From assembly GCA_037446635.1 (NCBI GenBank), contig JBBIIG010000002.1, positions 96,001 through 160,000 on the forward strand: a stretch of DNA of 64,000 bases, written 5' to 3'. Position 1 is the first letter of the stretch, and each line of letters starts with the position of its first letter. This DNA is from a bacterium (lineage in GTDB: Bacteria; Zhuqueibacterota; Zhuqueibacteria; Oceanimicrobiales; Oceanimicrobiaceae). The position numbers and the translations under genes are program-made. This document shows positions 28,428-37,686 of this stretch, in pieces. The notes beneath the pieces are model-generated. The model was not told the origin of the DNA, did no database searches, and saw only the letters and a program-made list of their open reading frames with translations.

Positions 28428-28927
28428 AAGTTATTCGGATTTTCAAAATGGTTGTGCAGCTTTTGCAAGTAGTAATTTTCACGCGCCGTCATTTGCAGTT
28501 TTTCCGAACGGCTGCGATCGTCGTAGCCGAGAAAGTGCAGCACGGCGTGAATGACGACGCGCGCCATTTCTTCGTTGAATGAAACCAAAAATTTTGCGGC
28601 GTTTTCCGCCACCCGATCGAGGCTGATGTAAACTTCGCCCTCGAAATAATCCGCCGCGTCTTCGATGGGAAACGCGAGGACGTCGGTGGGGCGGTCTTGG
28701 TTCAAAAAGGCGCGGTTCAAATGGCGAATGAAATCGTCGTCCGCCAAAATGAATTCTATGCGAGCAGACTTGCCTGCAGAGGTAAGCTTGCCTGCGGGCA
28801 ACGCCCCCTCTTCCCTCCAGACTTGTTGAGCGAGTTGCGCGAGGCGGTTTGAATTGATGGGCGCGGGGTGCCGACGATGAAATTTCACGACGAGCTTAGC
28901 TGGCTTTTTCGGCAATTTTTTTAACAT
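28424..28927 (-). CDS. ybeY: rRNA maturation RNase YbeY (start uncertain)
   Basis: PTDVLAF, GEVYIS, HAVLHFLGYD. Confidence 0.9.
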   Translation of the reverse strand: MLKKLPKKPAKLVVKFHRRHPAPINSNRLAQLAQQVWREEGALPAGKLTSAGKSARIEFILADDDFIRHLNRAFLNQDRPTDVLAFPIEDAADYFEGEVYISLDRVAENAAKFLVSFNEEMARVVIHAVLHFLGYDDRSRSEKLQMTARENYYLQKLHNHFENPNNL

Positions 28928-31220
28928 GCTTGCGGAACAATCTTCTCTGTTGATTGGGGTATTCGATGCGCCCGTGGAAAATCCCCGTGAGATTATTGAC
29001 AAAACTTTCCTGGATGACTTTTAAATCGCGCACCGTCAACGGGCAGTCGTCCAGCTCGCCGTCCGCGACCCGTTCCTGAATCAGCGAGCTGATCAGGCTG
29101 CGGATGCGGCTGACGGTGGGGTCTTTGAGGGTGCGCGACACCGCTTCCACGGCGTCGGCCAGCATCACGATGCCGGTCTCTTTGGTCTTCGGTTTCGGCC
29201 CCGGGTAGCGAAAGTCGGATTCGTTGATCTCGGCGCCGTCGTTGTTCTCCAGCGCTTTGTTGTAAAAGAAAACGATGAGGTTGGTGCCGTGGTGCTGGGC
29301 GATGAAATCGCGGATTTCCGGCGGCAGGTTATAGTCTTCCGCCATCTCCAGGCCGCGCTTGACGTGGTTGATCAAAATCAAACAGCTCATGCTGGGGGCG
29401 AGTTTTTCGTGCGGGTTCTTGCCGCCTTTCTGATTTTCGACGAAGTATTCCGGCATCTCCATTTTGCCGATATCGTGGTAGTACGAACCCACCTTCGCCA
29501 GCAGCGCGTTGGCGCCGATGGCTTCCGCGGCGGACTCGGAGAGAATGCCGACCATCACGCTGTGGTGGTAGGTGCCAGGGGCGCGGATGGCCAACTGGCG
29601 CATGGCCGGCTTGTTCAAATCCAGCAATTCCAGCAGGGTGGAATCGGTGGTCTCCTGAAAAACATATTCGAAAATAATCATCAGACCGTAGGCCAGAATG
29701 GGGGACAGGATGCCATTCAAGCTGGCATAAACCATATCCATCCAGTTGAAGAATTCCGGGTTTCGCAAAAATTCCAGTGCGGCGATGGAGAAGAGGTAGG
29801 CGGCCACAATCAGCACGATGCCTTTTAACATCCAGGCGCGAGTGTGAATTTGGCGAACCGATAAGATAGCGATGACGCCAACGAACATCGAGATCAGCAC
29901 AATGCTAAAATCGTTGCCCCGCAAGGCGCCGATCATCAGACTGAGAGAAAAGGTTGAGATGAAGGCGGTGCGAGTGTCGAAAAATATCGTCAGCAGCATC
30001 GAAGCGATGGAAATGGGAATGAGATATTTGTAAGTGGAAAATCCGATTTTGTTGACCAGCGAGGTTAGCACCAGGATGAGCAAAAAAATTAAAAACAGCA
30101 TGAACATTTTTTTGACGTTGTAAAACATACGCCAGCGGGAAACAAAAAGAAAAATCACCGTGAACGAAAGCGAAAGGCCCAAGATCAAAATTCTGCCGAA
30201 ATAGGGCAGCACCATTTTGAGGCCGCCTTGCTGCTGCTCGCGTTCGGCGCGCGCCTGCGCCAACGAATGTAGTTTTTCCAAGATTTCTTTGGTGATGCGC
30301 TCGTGTTTATCGACGATGCGCTCTTTCTCGAGCACCGTGCCTTTTGCGAGCGGCACGTTCGCCACCGCCTCGCTGATGCGCTGCTCGGTCGCGGCTTGAT
30401 CGTAAATTAAGTTCGGCAAAAGAAACGCTGCAATGATGGAGTAACCAACTTTAACCGCGGTTTCGTTATTCGGGTAGAGCCGCCGCAGTTTTTCATCGAG
30501 AAGGACGCGCTCGACGTTATCCTGCCGGTAAAAATTTTTTAAATCATCGATGGTCTCCCGCCCGGACTCGATGATGGAGATTTTGGTGACATATTCCGGG
30601 AGGGCGTCAGTTTTGCGGTTCAGAATTCCCCTGGAATACATGTCCACCAGAATTTGGCGGACGTTGCGCTTGAACGCTTCATAGGAATCGGTTTTTTGAG
30701 CGTCATTGCTGGGCGCACTTCTCGAGCGGCGGCTTGGCGGCTGGGTTTTGGGAGCGGTAAGAATATACGAAAGGTCGGCTTCGTCGAGAAAAATAAGTTG
30801 CGCGGTCATGAAATCGCGCAGCCGGCGCAGCTTGATCGAGTCGGGGGAAATCGAGACGCGAATGCTATCGACATAATGAAAAAAGCGGTCGCATTTTTCC
30901 AGGGCGAGGGTTGCGGTGCTGTCAACGTGGCGAAATACCCAGGGCACTTTTTCGGCGGCGAGCTTCTTGTCGTTATTATATTCTTCCTCGCTTTTGTTGA
31001 TCAGAAACGTGAACGGGGCGATGATCTCGTCGCCAACATAGACGTCCTTTTCTTTCAGATTCGCAAACTGGTAGGTTTGCTGATGCGGGAACATCAAGGT
31101 AGCGATGGCAATGAGGGCAACGCCCATCAGCAATTGCGGCGTGTATCGCCAAAACGGATGCTCAGTCAACAACTGCTTGCCGTTTTGATATAATTTTACA
31201 ATTTTGGATAGATCAACCAA
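28896..31220 (-). CDS. 7TM-HD phosphohydrolase (PgpH-like c-di-AMP phosphodiesterase family)
   Basis: Extracellular domain, TM bundle, APGTYHHS, YYHDIGK, HHGT, FRYPGPKP, MLAD. Confidence 0.9.
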   Translation of the reverse strand: MVDLSKIVKLYQNGKQLLTEHPFWRYTPQLLMGVALIAIATLMFPHQQTYQFANLKEKDVYVGDEIIAPFTFLINKSEEEYNNDKKLAAEKVPWVFRHVDSTATLALEKCDRFFHYVDSIRVSISPDSIKLRRLRDFMTAQLIFLDEADLSYILTAPKTQPPSRRSRSAPSNDAQKTDSYEAFKRNVRQILVDMYSRGILNRKTDALPEYVTKISIIESGRETIDDLKNFYRQDNVERVLLDEKLRRLYPNNETAVKVGYSIIAAFLLPNLIYDQAATEQRISEAVANVPLAKGTVLEKERIVDKHERITKEILEKLHSLAQARAEREQQQGGLKMVLPYFGRILILGLSLSFTVIFLFVSRWRMFYNVKKMFMLFLIFLLILVLTSLVNKIGFSTYKYLIPISIASMLLTIFFDTRTAFISTFSLSLMIGALRGNDFSIVLISMFVGVIAILSVRQIHTRAWMLKGIVLIVAAYLFSIAALEFLRNPEFFNWMDMVYASLNGILSPILAYGLMIIFEYVFQETTDSTLLELLDLNKPAMRQLAIRAPGTYHHSVMVGILSESAAEAIGANALLAKVGSYYHDIGKMEMPEYFVENQKGGKNPHEKLAPSMSCLILINHVKRGLEMAEDYNLPPEIRDFIAQHHGTNLIVFFYNKALENNDGAEINESDFRYPGPKPKTKETGIVMLADAVEAVSRTLKDPTVSRIRSLISSLIQERVADGELDDCPLTVRDLKVIQESFVNNLTGIFHGRIEYPNQQRRLFRKHVKKIAEKAS

Positions 31221-31225
31221 AGGCG

Positions 31226-32230
31226 TTAATCGGTTTTGTTATTCTTGCTTTCGTAGTCTTCGTAAGCGCGGATGATTTCCTTAACTAAGCGATGTCGCAC
31301 CACGTCGCGGTCGTTCAGAAAAACAAAGTCAATCCCCTCGATGCCGTCCAAAATGGATTGCACTTTAACCAGGCCGGACATCTTCGCTTGCGGCAGATCG
31401 ATCTGCGTCACATCGCCAGTGATGATGGCTTTCGAGTTGATGCCCAGCCGGGTAAGAAACATCTTCATTTGATTGAACGAAGTGTTCTGGGCTTCGTCCA
31501 ATATTACAAACGCATTGTTCAAGGTGCGGCCTCGCATGTAGGCCAGCGGCACGATTTCGATAACCTGAGTTTCCACAAAACGCTTCAGCTTGTCGGGCGG
31601 AATCATCAGGTAGAGCGCGTCATAAAACGGCTTGAGGTAGGGATCAACTTTTTCACGGATGTCGCCGGGGAGAAAACCGAGGCTTTCGCCCGCTTCCACG
31701 GCTGGCCGCGTGAGCACGATGCGGTTCACCGATTTGTCCCGCAGCGCCGCCACCGCAATGGCCACGGCCATAAAAGTTTTGCCGGTACCGGCGGGGCCAA
31801 TCACAAAGACGATGTCGTTCTTCAAAGCCGAACGATAGAAGGCGTTCTGGCCGGGGGTCTTGGGTTTCAGGCAGCCGTCTTTGGTATAAAGAATCACGGA
31901 ATCTTTATTGTTCTCGATGCTGACGGCTGCGGCCGGCCCACCGGTGGCGTCTTCGGAATTCAGGTTGTCAAAAACAATTTCGAGGTCGTTTTCCGTGACC
32001 GCTTTTTCCTGCTCCACCATGACGATCAATTCATAAAAAACTTTTTCGAGATCGCGGAGAACTTTTTCGTCTCCAATGAGCTTGAGTTCGTTTCCGCGCG
32101 CCACGATGCGGGCGTTGAAATGCTGCTGCAATTTTTTCAAATTGGCGTCCTGAAATCCGAACAGCTTGAGTTGATCGACGCCTTTCAGTGAAATTCGTTT
32201 TTCAACTATTTCTTGTTTCGTGTTCTGCAA
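31226..32230 (-). CDS. phoH: PhoH-family ATPase
   Basis: GPAGTGKT, RPAVEAGE.LGFLPG, YMRGRT, DEAQN, VVRH. Confidence 0.95.
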   Translation of the reverse strand: MQNTKQEIVEKRISLKGVDQLKLFGFQDANLKKLQQHFNARIVARGNELKLIGDEKVLRDLEKVFYELIVMVEQEKAVTENDLEIVFDNLNSEDATGGPAAAVSIENNKDSVILYTKDGCLKPKTPGQNAFYRSALKNDIVFVIGPAGTGKTFMAVAIAVAALRDKSVNRIVLTRPAVEAGESLGFLPGDIREKVDPYLKPFYDALYLMIPPDKLKRFVETQVIEIVPLAYMRGRTLNNAFVILDEAQNTSFNQMKMFLTRLGINSKAIITGDVTQIDLPQAKMSGLVKVQSILDGIEGIDFVFLNDRDVVRHRLVKEIIRAYEDYESKNNKTD

Positions 32231-32389
32231 TTTACCTCGCTGCGTTAATAAAAAAGCTCTTGTCCGATTGGCAGATCAACTGCCATCGATCCAAGAGCTT
32301 AGTTTTGTCTTTCTATTCAACGAACGATTTCAAAGAAACATCTCGGTGTGCGCCCGATGATTGTGAGAAAGCTCCGACGCAAACATCGA

Positions 32390-33247
32390 CTAATTGCCGC
32401 GCGGCACTTTCAGAATCTGGTATGGATAAATCAGGTTGGGCTCGTCTCCAATGACCGCTTTGTTAGCTTCATAGAGCTGCCGCCACTTGGTGGGGTCGCC
32501 CATTACCGACATATTGCCCGCGATCTTGGCGAGGTAATCGCCGCGGCCAACCATGTACTCATCCGGGCCGTTCTCTTTATGAATTTTGAAAATCTGATCG
32601 GGATAGATCAAATCCGGGTCTTTGATCTGATCTTTGTTATAAGAATAGATGCGGATCCACTGCATGGGATCGCCGTAGATATCGGGCTTTTTGGAGATTC
32701 TCCACAAGTAATCGCCGCGCGTAACTGTGTACTCATCATATAAGCCTTTGGGCATTCTGGCGCGCAGTTGCGCAATTTTGCCTTCCAGCGCCGCGATCTT
32801 GTTCATCATTTCGGTCAACAAAGCGATGCGGCTGCCCTTCATTTCATTGAGCTTCTGCTCGATGGCGTCGATTTCTTTGCGCCGTTTGAACAACTCCTCG
32901 GGGGATAACGCCGCCAACGCGCTGAGCTGTTTGTCCAAATCATCCAACTGCTGACGATAGGCGTTGACTTCTTCTTCGGTTACGCCGAGTGCGGCGTAAA
33001 TTTCATTCCAGGTTTCTTTGATCTGGGCGTCAAGATCGGCAATTTGAGCTTTTAGAGCTTCAATTTCCGTGTCCAATCTGGCAATTTCATCTTTTGCTGC
33101 ACGTTCACGGTTTTGCCACTCCTGCAACTGCTGATTGTATTCTTTCATCGTCATCTTCTCCTGGGCAAGGGAGGAACTCACCCCTGCTGCCAGAACAAGC
33201 GCTATGACGATGGCGCTGGCCCAGAGAGTTTTGGTGACCAATTTCAT
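32390..33247 (-). CDS. Secreted coiled-coil protein with two LysM domains
   Basis: Signal peptide, long heptad region, YTV.RGDYLW...PDLIYP and a second LysM repeat. Confidence 0.88.
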   Translation of the reverse strand: MKLVTKTLWASAIVIALVLAAGVSSSLAQEKMTMKEYNQQLQEWQNRERAAKDEIARLDTEIEALKAQIADLDAQIKETWNEIYAALGVTEEEVNAYRQQLDDLDKQLSALAALSPEELFKRRKEIDAIEQKLNEMKGSRIALLTEMMNKIAALEGKIAQLRARMPKGLYDEYTVTRGDYLWRISKKPDIYGDPMQWIRIYSYNKDQIKDPDLIYPDQIFKIHKENGPDEYMVGRGDYLAKIAGNMSVMGDPTKWRQLYEANKAVIGDEPNLIYPYQILKVPRGN

Positions 33248-33284
33248 CTCAACCCTCCTGTTTCGTCCATTGTTTAAATTTAAA

Positions 33285-33566
33285 TTACTGGCCAAGTCGT
33301 TTTTTAACTTCTTCGAGTTCAGTTTTCGCATCCTGCAATTCCTTCCGTTTTTGATTGAGCTGGCTCTCCAGCCGGCTCTTTTCGCGGCGTCTTTCTTCTA
33401 AGGTGTTCTCTGCGGCAAGGGCGGCGTTCTTTTGCTCTTCCAGCGCCTGCAGTTGCTGCGCGTTAGGACGGCTCGTGCATCCAACCAGTGAGAAAGTGGA
33501 AACCACAAACAGCATGGCGATGAACAGTAAAACAGCTTTCGTTAAAAGTCTCATTACAGTTCTCAC
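33285..33566 (-). CDS. Small coiled-coil lipoprotein
   Basis: LVGC lipobox followed by a continuous heptad helix; GGAGG RBS. Confidence 0.8.
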   Translation of the reverse strand: MRTVMRLLTKAVLLFIAMLFVVSTFSLVGCTSRPNAQQLQALEEQKNAALAAENTLEERRREKSRLESQLNQKRKELQDAKTELEEVKKRLGQ

Positions 33567-33656
33567 CTCCTTCCTCTCAGATTATGGTTTTTTTGGAGAT
33601 TGAAAATTGCCTGGCTTGGGAAATGCGTTACTTCTTGTTTTTCAAAACGTAAGCCA

Positions 33657-33685
33657 ATAATAGCAAAAAAATCGTTGATTGTCAA
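33657..33685 (-). promoter_or_regulatory. Sigma-70 promoter overlapping the aspS stop codon
   Basis: Minus strand TTGACA-N17-TATTAT with TGn extended -10. Confidence 0.7.
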
Positions 33686-35490
33686 GCAAAAAAATCTACT
33701 TTTAAGCCCAATTCTTTAAGCTGCTCGGCGCTGACCTGCGAGGGCGCGCCATCCATCAATGACAGCGCGCTGTTGGTCTTCGGGAACGCGATCACGTCGC
33801 GGATGGATTTCATGTTGGCGAGCAGCATCACCAGCCGGTCGAACCCAAACGCGATGCCGCCGTGCGGCGGCGCGCCGTATTCAAACGCCTCTAACAGAAA
33901 TCCAAACTTTTCGCGCGCTTCATCCTCCGGAATGTTTAGCAGCGAGAACATTTTTTTCTGCAGCGCCTGCTGATGAATTCGAATGCTGCCGCCGGCGATC
34001 TCGTAGCCGTTGATTACCAGATCATAAGCCTTGGCGCGCGCCGCTTCCGGCTTGGTATCCAGCAAGTGCAGATCTTCGTCCATGGGCGCGGTGAAGGGAT
34101 GATGCCGCGCCACGTAGCGCTTCTCGTTTTCGTCGAATTCCAGCAGCGGAAAATCCACGACCCACAGCAGCGAGAAGGTGTCCGCGGGAATCAAATTTTC
34201 TTCCCGCGCCAATTTCACTCGCAGGTTGCCGGCAAGGGTTAGGGCCTTCTCTCTCTGATCGGCAATCAGCAAAATCAAATCGCCGGCGCCGGCGTTGAAG
34301 CGCTGGTTGATCGCGCGAATGGCGTCGTCCCTAAAAAATTTTGCCACCGAGGATTCCCACCCCGACTCGCTCACTTTGATGCTCACCAATCCCTTCCCGC
34401 CTTCGGTTTGAATGTATTGCGTCAACTCATCGATTCGTTTGCGGGAAAACGTCGCGCCGCCTTTGAGCGCCACCCCGCAAACGATGCCGCCGCTGGCCGC
34501 GGTTTCTTTGAAGACTTTAAATTCAGATTCGCCGGCCAACTCGCTGATGTCCACGATGGTCATCGCGAAGCGGGTGTCGGGTTTATCGGTGCCGTACGTC
34601 GCCACGGCTTGTTCGTAGCTCAGGCGGGGGATGGGCAGCGTGATGGTTCGATTCAAAATTTTTTGGAAGATCTCTGCCATCAGATTTTCCACCATAGTCA
34701 GCACGTCCTCTCGTTCGACAAACGACATTTCCACGTCGATTTGGGTGAACTCCGGCTGGCGGTCGGCGCGCAAATCCTCGTCGCGGAAACAGCGCACGAT
34801 CTGGAAATAGCGGTCCATGCCCGCGACCATCAAAATCTGTTTGTACATCTGCGGACTCTGGGGCAGGGCGTAAAACTTGCCCTTGTGAATGCGGCTGGGC
34901 ACCAAAAAATCGCGGGCGCCTTCCGGGGTGCTGCGCATCAACGTCGGGGTTTCAAATTCCAAAAAATTATTGCGGTCAAAAAAAGAGCGCACAACTTGAT
35001 ACGTTTTATGACGAAGAATCATGTTCTCGCGCATGGATGAATTGCGCAAATCGAGATAACGGTATTTGAGCCGCAGCTCTTCCGAGACCTCCACGTTGTC
35101 ATCGATGACAAACGGCGTGGTTTTGGCGCGATTCAAAATCTTCAGTTCCTGAACCGCCACTTCGATCTCACCGGTGCTTAAATTGGGATTGACCATCCCT
35201 TCCGGCCGTTTGCGCACCGTTCCTTTCACCGCGATCACAAACTCACCACGCAGCTCCTTTGCCTTCGGATTCGCCTCGCCGCCATCTCCGCCAGAGCGGA
35301 TCGCCTCAGCCGATTGTCCGCCAAAAACAATTTGGGTGATGCCGTAGCGGTCGCGCAAATCGATGAATATCAGTCCGCCGTGATCGCGGCGGCGGTGCAC
35401 CCAACCCATGAGGATCACTTCCTGTCCATCGTGTTCGGCCTTCAAATCGCCGCAGGTGTGAGTTCGTTTCCAGCCCTCGAGCTTTTCCAA
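33682..35490 (-). CDS. aspS: Aspartate--tRNA ligase
   Basis: RTHTCG, RRDHGG, PEGARDF, LPQSPQ, FRDEDLRADRQPEF, GAPPHGG. Confidence 0.97.
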   Translation of the reverse strand: MEKLEGWKRTHTCGDLKAEHDGQEVILMGWVHRRRDHGGLIFIDLRDRYGITQIVFGGQSAEAIRSGGDGGEANPKAKELRGEFVIAVKGTVRKRPEGMVNPNLSTGEIEVAVQELKILNRAKTTPFVIDDNVEVSEELRLKYRYLDLRNSSMRENMILRHKTYQVVRSFFDRNNFLEFETPTLMRSTPEGARDFLVPSRIHKGKFYALPQSPQMYKQILMVAGMDRYFQIVRCFRDEDLRADRQPEFTQIDVEMSFVEREDVLTMVENLMAEIFQKILNRTITLPIPRLSYEQAVATYGTDKPDTRFAMTIVDISELAGESEFKVFKETAASGGIVCGVALKGGATFSRKRIDELTQYIQTEGGKGLVSIKVSESGWESSVAKFFRDDAIRAINQRFNAGAGDLILLIADQREKALTLAGNLRVKLAREENLIPADTFSLLWVVDFPLLEFDENEKRYVARHHPFTAPMDEDLHLLDTKPEAARAKAYDLVINGYEIAGGSIRIHQQALQKKMFSLLNIPEDEAREKFGFLLEAFEYGAPPHGGIAFGFDRLVMLLANMKSIRDVIAFPKTNSALSLMDGAPSQVSAEQLKELGLKVDFFA

Positions 35491-35585
35491 AGCTTGCTAA
35501 CCTCCGTAAAAAAGCCTTGGGATAATTTAGAAAAAAAATCGAAAATTCAAACAAATTGTAGGAGTGAGTTTATGAGGAAACCCTG

Positions 35586-35712
35586 TCAGGGTTGAAACTT
35601 GGCATATTCCTTTTCGGAGATGATCTTCTCAATCTCGGGGTTAATGATGTGCACCTCGTCCCAGGTGAGGCCGTAGAGTTGGTAAACCATGAGATCGATT
35701 TGGCTAACCAGC
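35586..35712 (-). pseudogene. C-terminal remnant of a type IIG R-M enzyme
   Basis: QIDLMVYQLYGLTWDEVHII resembles the ID..VY.LY.LT.EEI tail of Eco57I/TaqI-like fused enzymes. Confidence 0.6.
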
Positions 35713-35736
35713 CCTGCAGCCCTACCCACGCTGTCG

Positions 35737-35815
35737 TTGCCTGCCTGTGGCAGACAGGCGAAACTCGCGCTTTTCCAGCCTGCCTGCGCAGGCAGGCGAG
35801 TCGAAGCAATCTCGT
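35737..35815. repeat. CCTGCCTG-type palindromic repeats
   Basis: GCCTGCCTGTGGCAGACAGGC and GCCTGCCTGCGCAGGCAGGC. Confidence 0.7.
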
Positions 35816-35919
35816 GGCTCCGCGCATTAATTATGGGACTGCTTCGCCCCAAACAACGCGGGACTCGCAGTGAACATTCATTTGGGCATTCTCCCTTTAA
35901 TAGATGCGGCATCGAAATC

Positions 35920-36231
35920 AATGTCGGGTTAGAACTTCGAGATCAGCTTATACCTAAAGAGTTCGCGCTTTCAAAAAATTTTCCCAATCCATTTAACCCT
36001 TCCACCCAAATTAATTTTGAAATTCCAAAAACTGCGCACGGGGTGATAAAAATTTATGACTTATTAGGTCGTGAAGTAAAGACTTTGGTCAACGAAATCA
36101 AAACTCAAAGTCGATATGAGATTGTTTGGAATGGAGACAATGCTTCAGGTGTGCCCGTGGCATCCGTCCTTTATATATAGCGCAAGCCGGAGATTTTGTC
36201 AGCTACTCATAAAATGTTAATGATCAAATAG
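35920..36231 (+). pseudogene. Orphan FlgD/T9SS-type C-terminal sorting domain remnant
   Basis: PKEFAL..NFPNPFNPST...IYDLLGREVKTLV...WNG; the tail (QAGDF / KMLMIK*) is out of frame. Confidence 0.7.
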
Positions 36232-36245
36232 AATGAAACGCAATT

Positions 36246-37631
36246 TTAAAAAACCTCAAAATTCTTGTCCGAAAACTTCACAGATGGGTACTTTGTCAAC
36301 TGCGTTTTGAAAATTTCAATTATCTCCTGCAAACGCGCTTTGGTTTTGGCCTCGAAGCGCAGCACCAGCACCGGCTGCGTGTTGGAAGCGCGCACCAATC
36401 CCCAGCCATCGCCCATCAAAACCCGCGCGCCATCGATGTCGATGGTTTCATACTTTGATTTGAAATAATTGGCGAGATCTGCCACGATTCTAAACTTATC
36501 TTCATCGGTCGCCTCCACGCGAATTTCCGGCGTGGCTTCAAAGTACGGAATTTCATCCGCAATTTCCGAGAGCTTCTTTTTTGATTTCGACATCAACTGC
36601 ATCAGCCGCCCGGAGACGTAAATGCCGTCGTCGAAACCGAGGTAGCCGTCGGTGTAAAAAATGTGGCCGGACATTTCGCCGGCCAGCGGCGCATGCAGCT
36701 CTTTCATTTTCGCCTTCAGCAACGAATGGCCGGTTTTCCACATGATGGGCTGGCCGCCGTGTTTCGCGATCTCTTCCGGCAGCGCCTGTGAGCATTTGAC
36801 ATCGAAGACGATCTGCGCGCCTTGGTTGCGCTCCAAAACTTCGCGGCTCAAAATCGCCATCAGGCGGTCGGCGAAGATGATGCGGCCCTTGTCGTCGATT
36901 ACACCCACGCGGTCGCTGTCGCCGTCGTAGCCGATGCCAACGTCCGCGCCCACTTCCAAAACCTTCTTCTGCAAATCAACCACGTATTTCGGCACGGTGG
37001 GATCGGGCAGATGGTTGGGGAAGCGGCCGTCGGGATCGCAATAAAGACAAGTGACCTCACAACCCATGTCTTGCCAGATTTTGGGGACGATGAGTCCGGC
37101 CACGCCGTTGCCGGCATCGACAACGATTTTCAGCTTCTTCTCAAATTTCAGCCGCGACTGCACCGCGTGAACGTAATCTTGCATCGTGTCTTTGAGCGTC
37201 ACTTCACCGCTGCCTTTGGCGAAATCCTGTTGTTCGATAATTCTGCGAATTTCCTGAATCTGCTCGCCGTAAACCGGCGCCACCGCTTTTTTGGAAATTT
37301 TCAGCCCGTTGTATTCAATGGGATTGTGGCTGCCGGTGATCATCACGCCGCCGTCGGCGTTCAAATGCAGGATGGCGAAATACTGCGCCGGCGTGAGGGT
37401 GACGCCAAGGTCGATCACGTTGACGCCGGTGGAAACCAATCCTTTCACGAGGGCATTGCGGATGCGTTCGGAGGAGAGGCGGACGTCGCGGCCAATCACC
37501 AGCGTTTTGGCGCCCCCGCGCGTCAAAAACGTGCCGATGCCCTGGCCCAGCAGCACGACGTTTTCATCCACCAGATCTTTATCCGCAATGCCGCGAATGT
37601 CATACTCGCGAAAGATGTTGGGTTTCACCAT
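36246..37631 (-). CDS. Phosphomannomutase/phosphoglucomutase
   Basis: FREYDIRG, TGSHNP, DGDSDR, GEMSGH, RASNTQP. Confidence 0.95.
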   Translation of the reverse strand: MVKPNIFREYDIRGIADKDLVDENVVLLGQGIGTFLTRGGAKTLVIGRDVRLSSERIRNALVKGLVSTGVNVIDLGVTLTPAQYFAILHLNADGGVMITGSHNPIEYNGLKISKKAVAPVYGEQIQEIRRIIEQQDFAKGSGEVTLKDTMQDYVHAVQSRLKFEKKLKIVVDAGNGVAGLIVPKIWQDMGCEVTCLYCDPDGRFPNHLPDPTVPKYVVDLQKKVLEVGADVGIGYDGDSDRVGVIDDKGRIIFADRLMAILSREVLERNQGAQIVFDVKCSQALPEEIAKHGGQPIMWKTGHSLLKAKMKELHAPLAGEMSGHIFYTDGYLGFDDGIYVSGRLMQLMSKSKKKLSEIADEIPYFEATPEIRVEATDEDKFRIVADLANYFKSKYETIDIDGARVLMGDGWGLVRASNTQPVLVLRFEAKTKARLQEIIEIFKTQLTKYPSVKFSDKNFEVF

Positions 37632-37651
37632 GAAAGCCTCCTGTTAGCATT

Positions 37652-37682
37652 CCGTAGGGGCGGATTGCTATACGCCCCACGG
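37652..37682. repeat. GTAG-type REP palindrome
   Basis: CCGTAGGGGCG...CGCCCCACGG. Confidence 0.55.
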
Positions 37683-37686
37683 TTGA

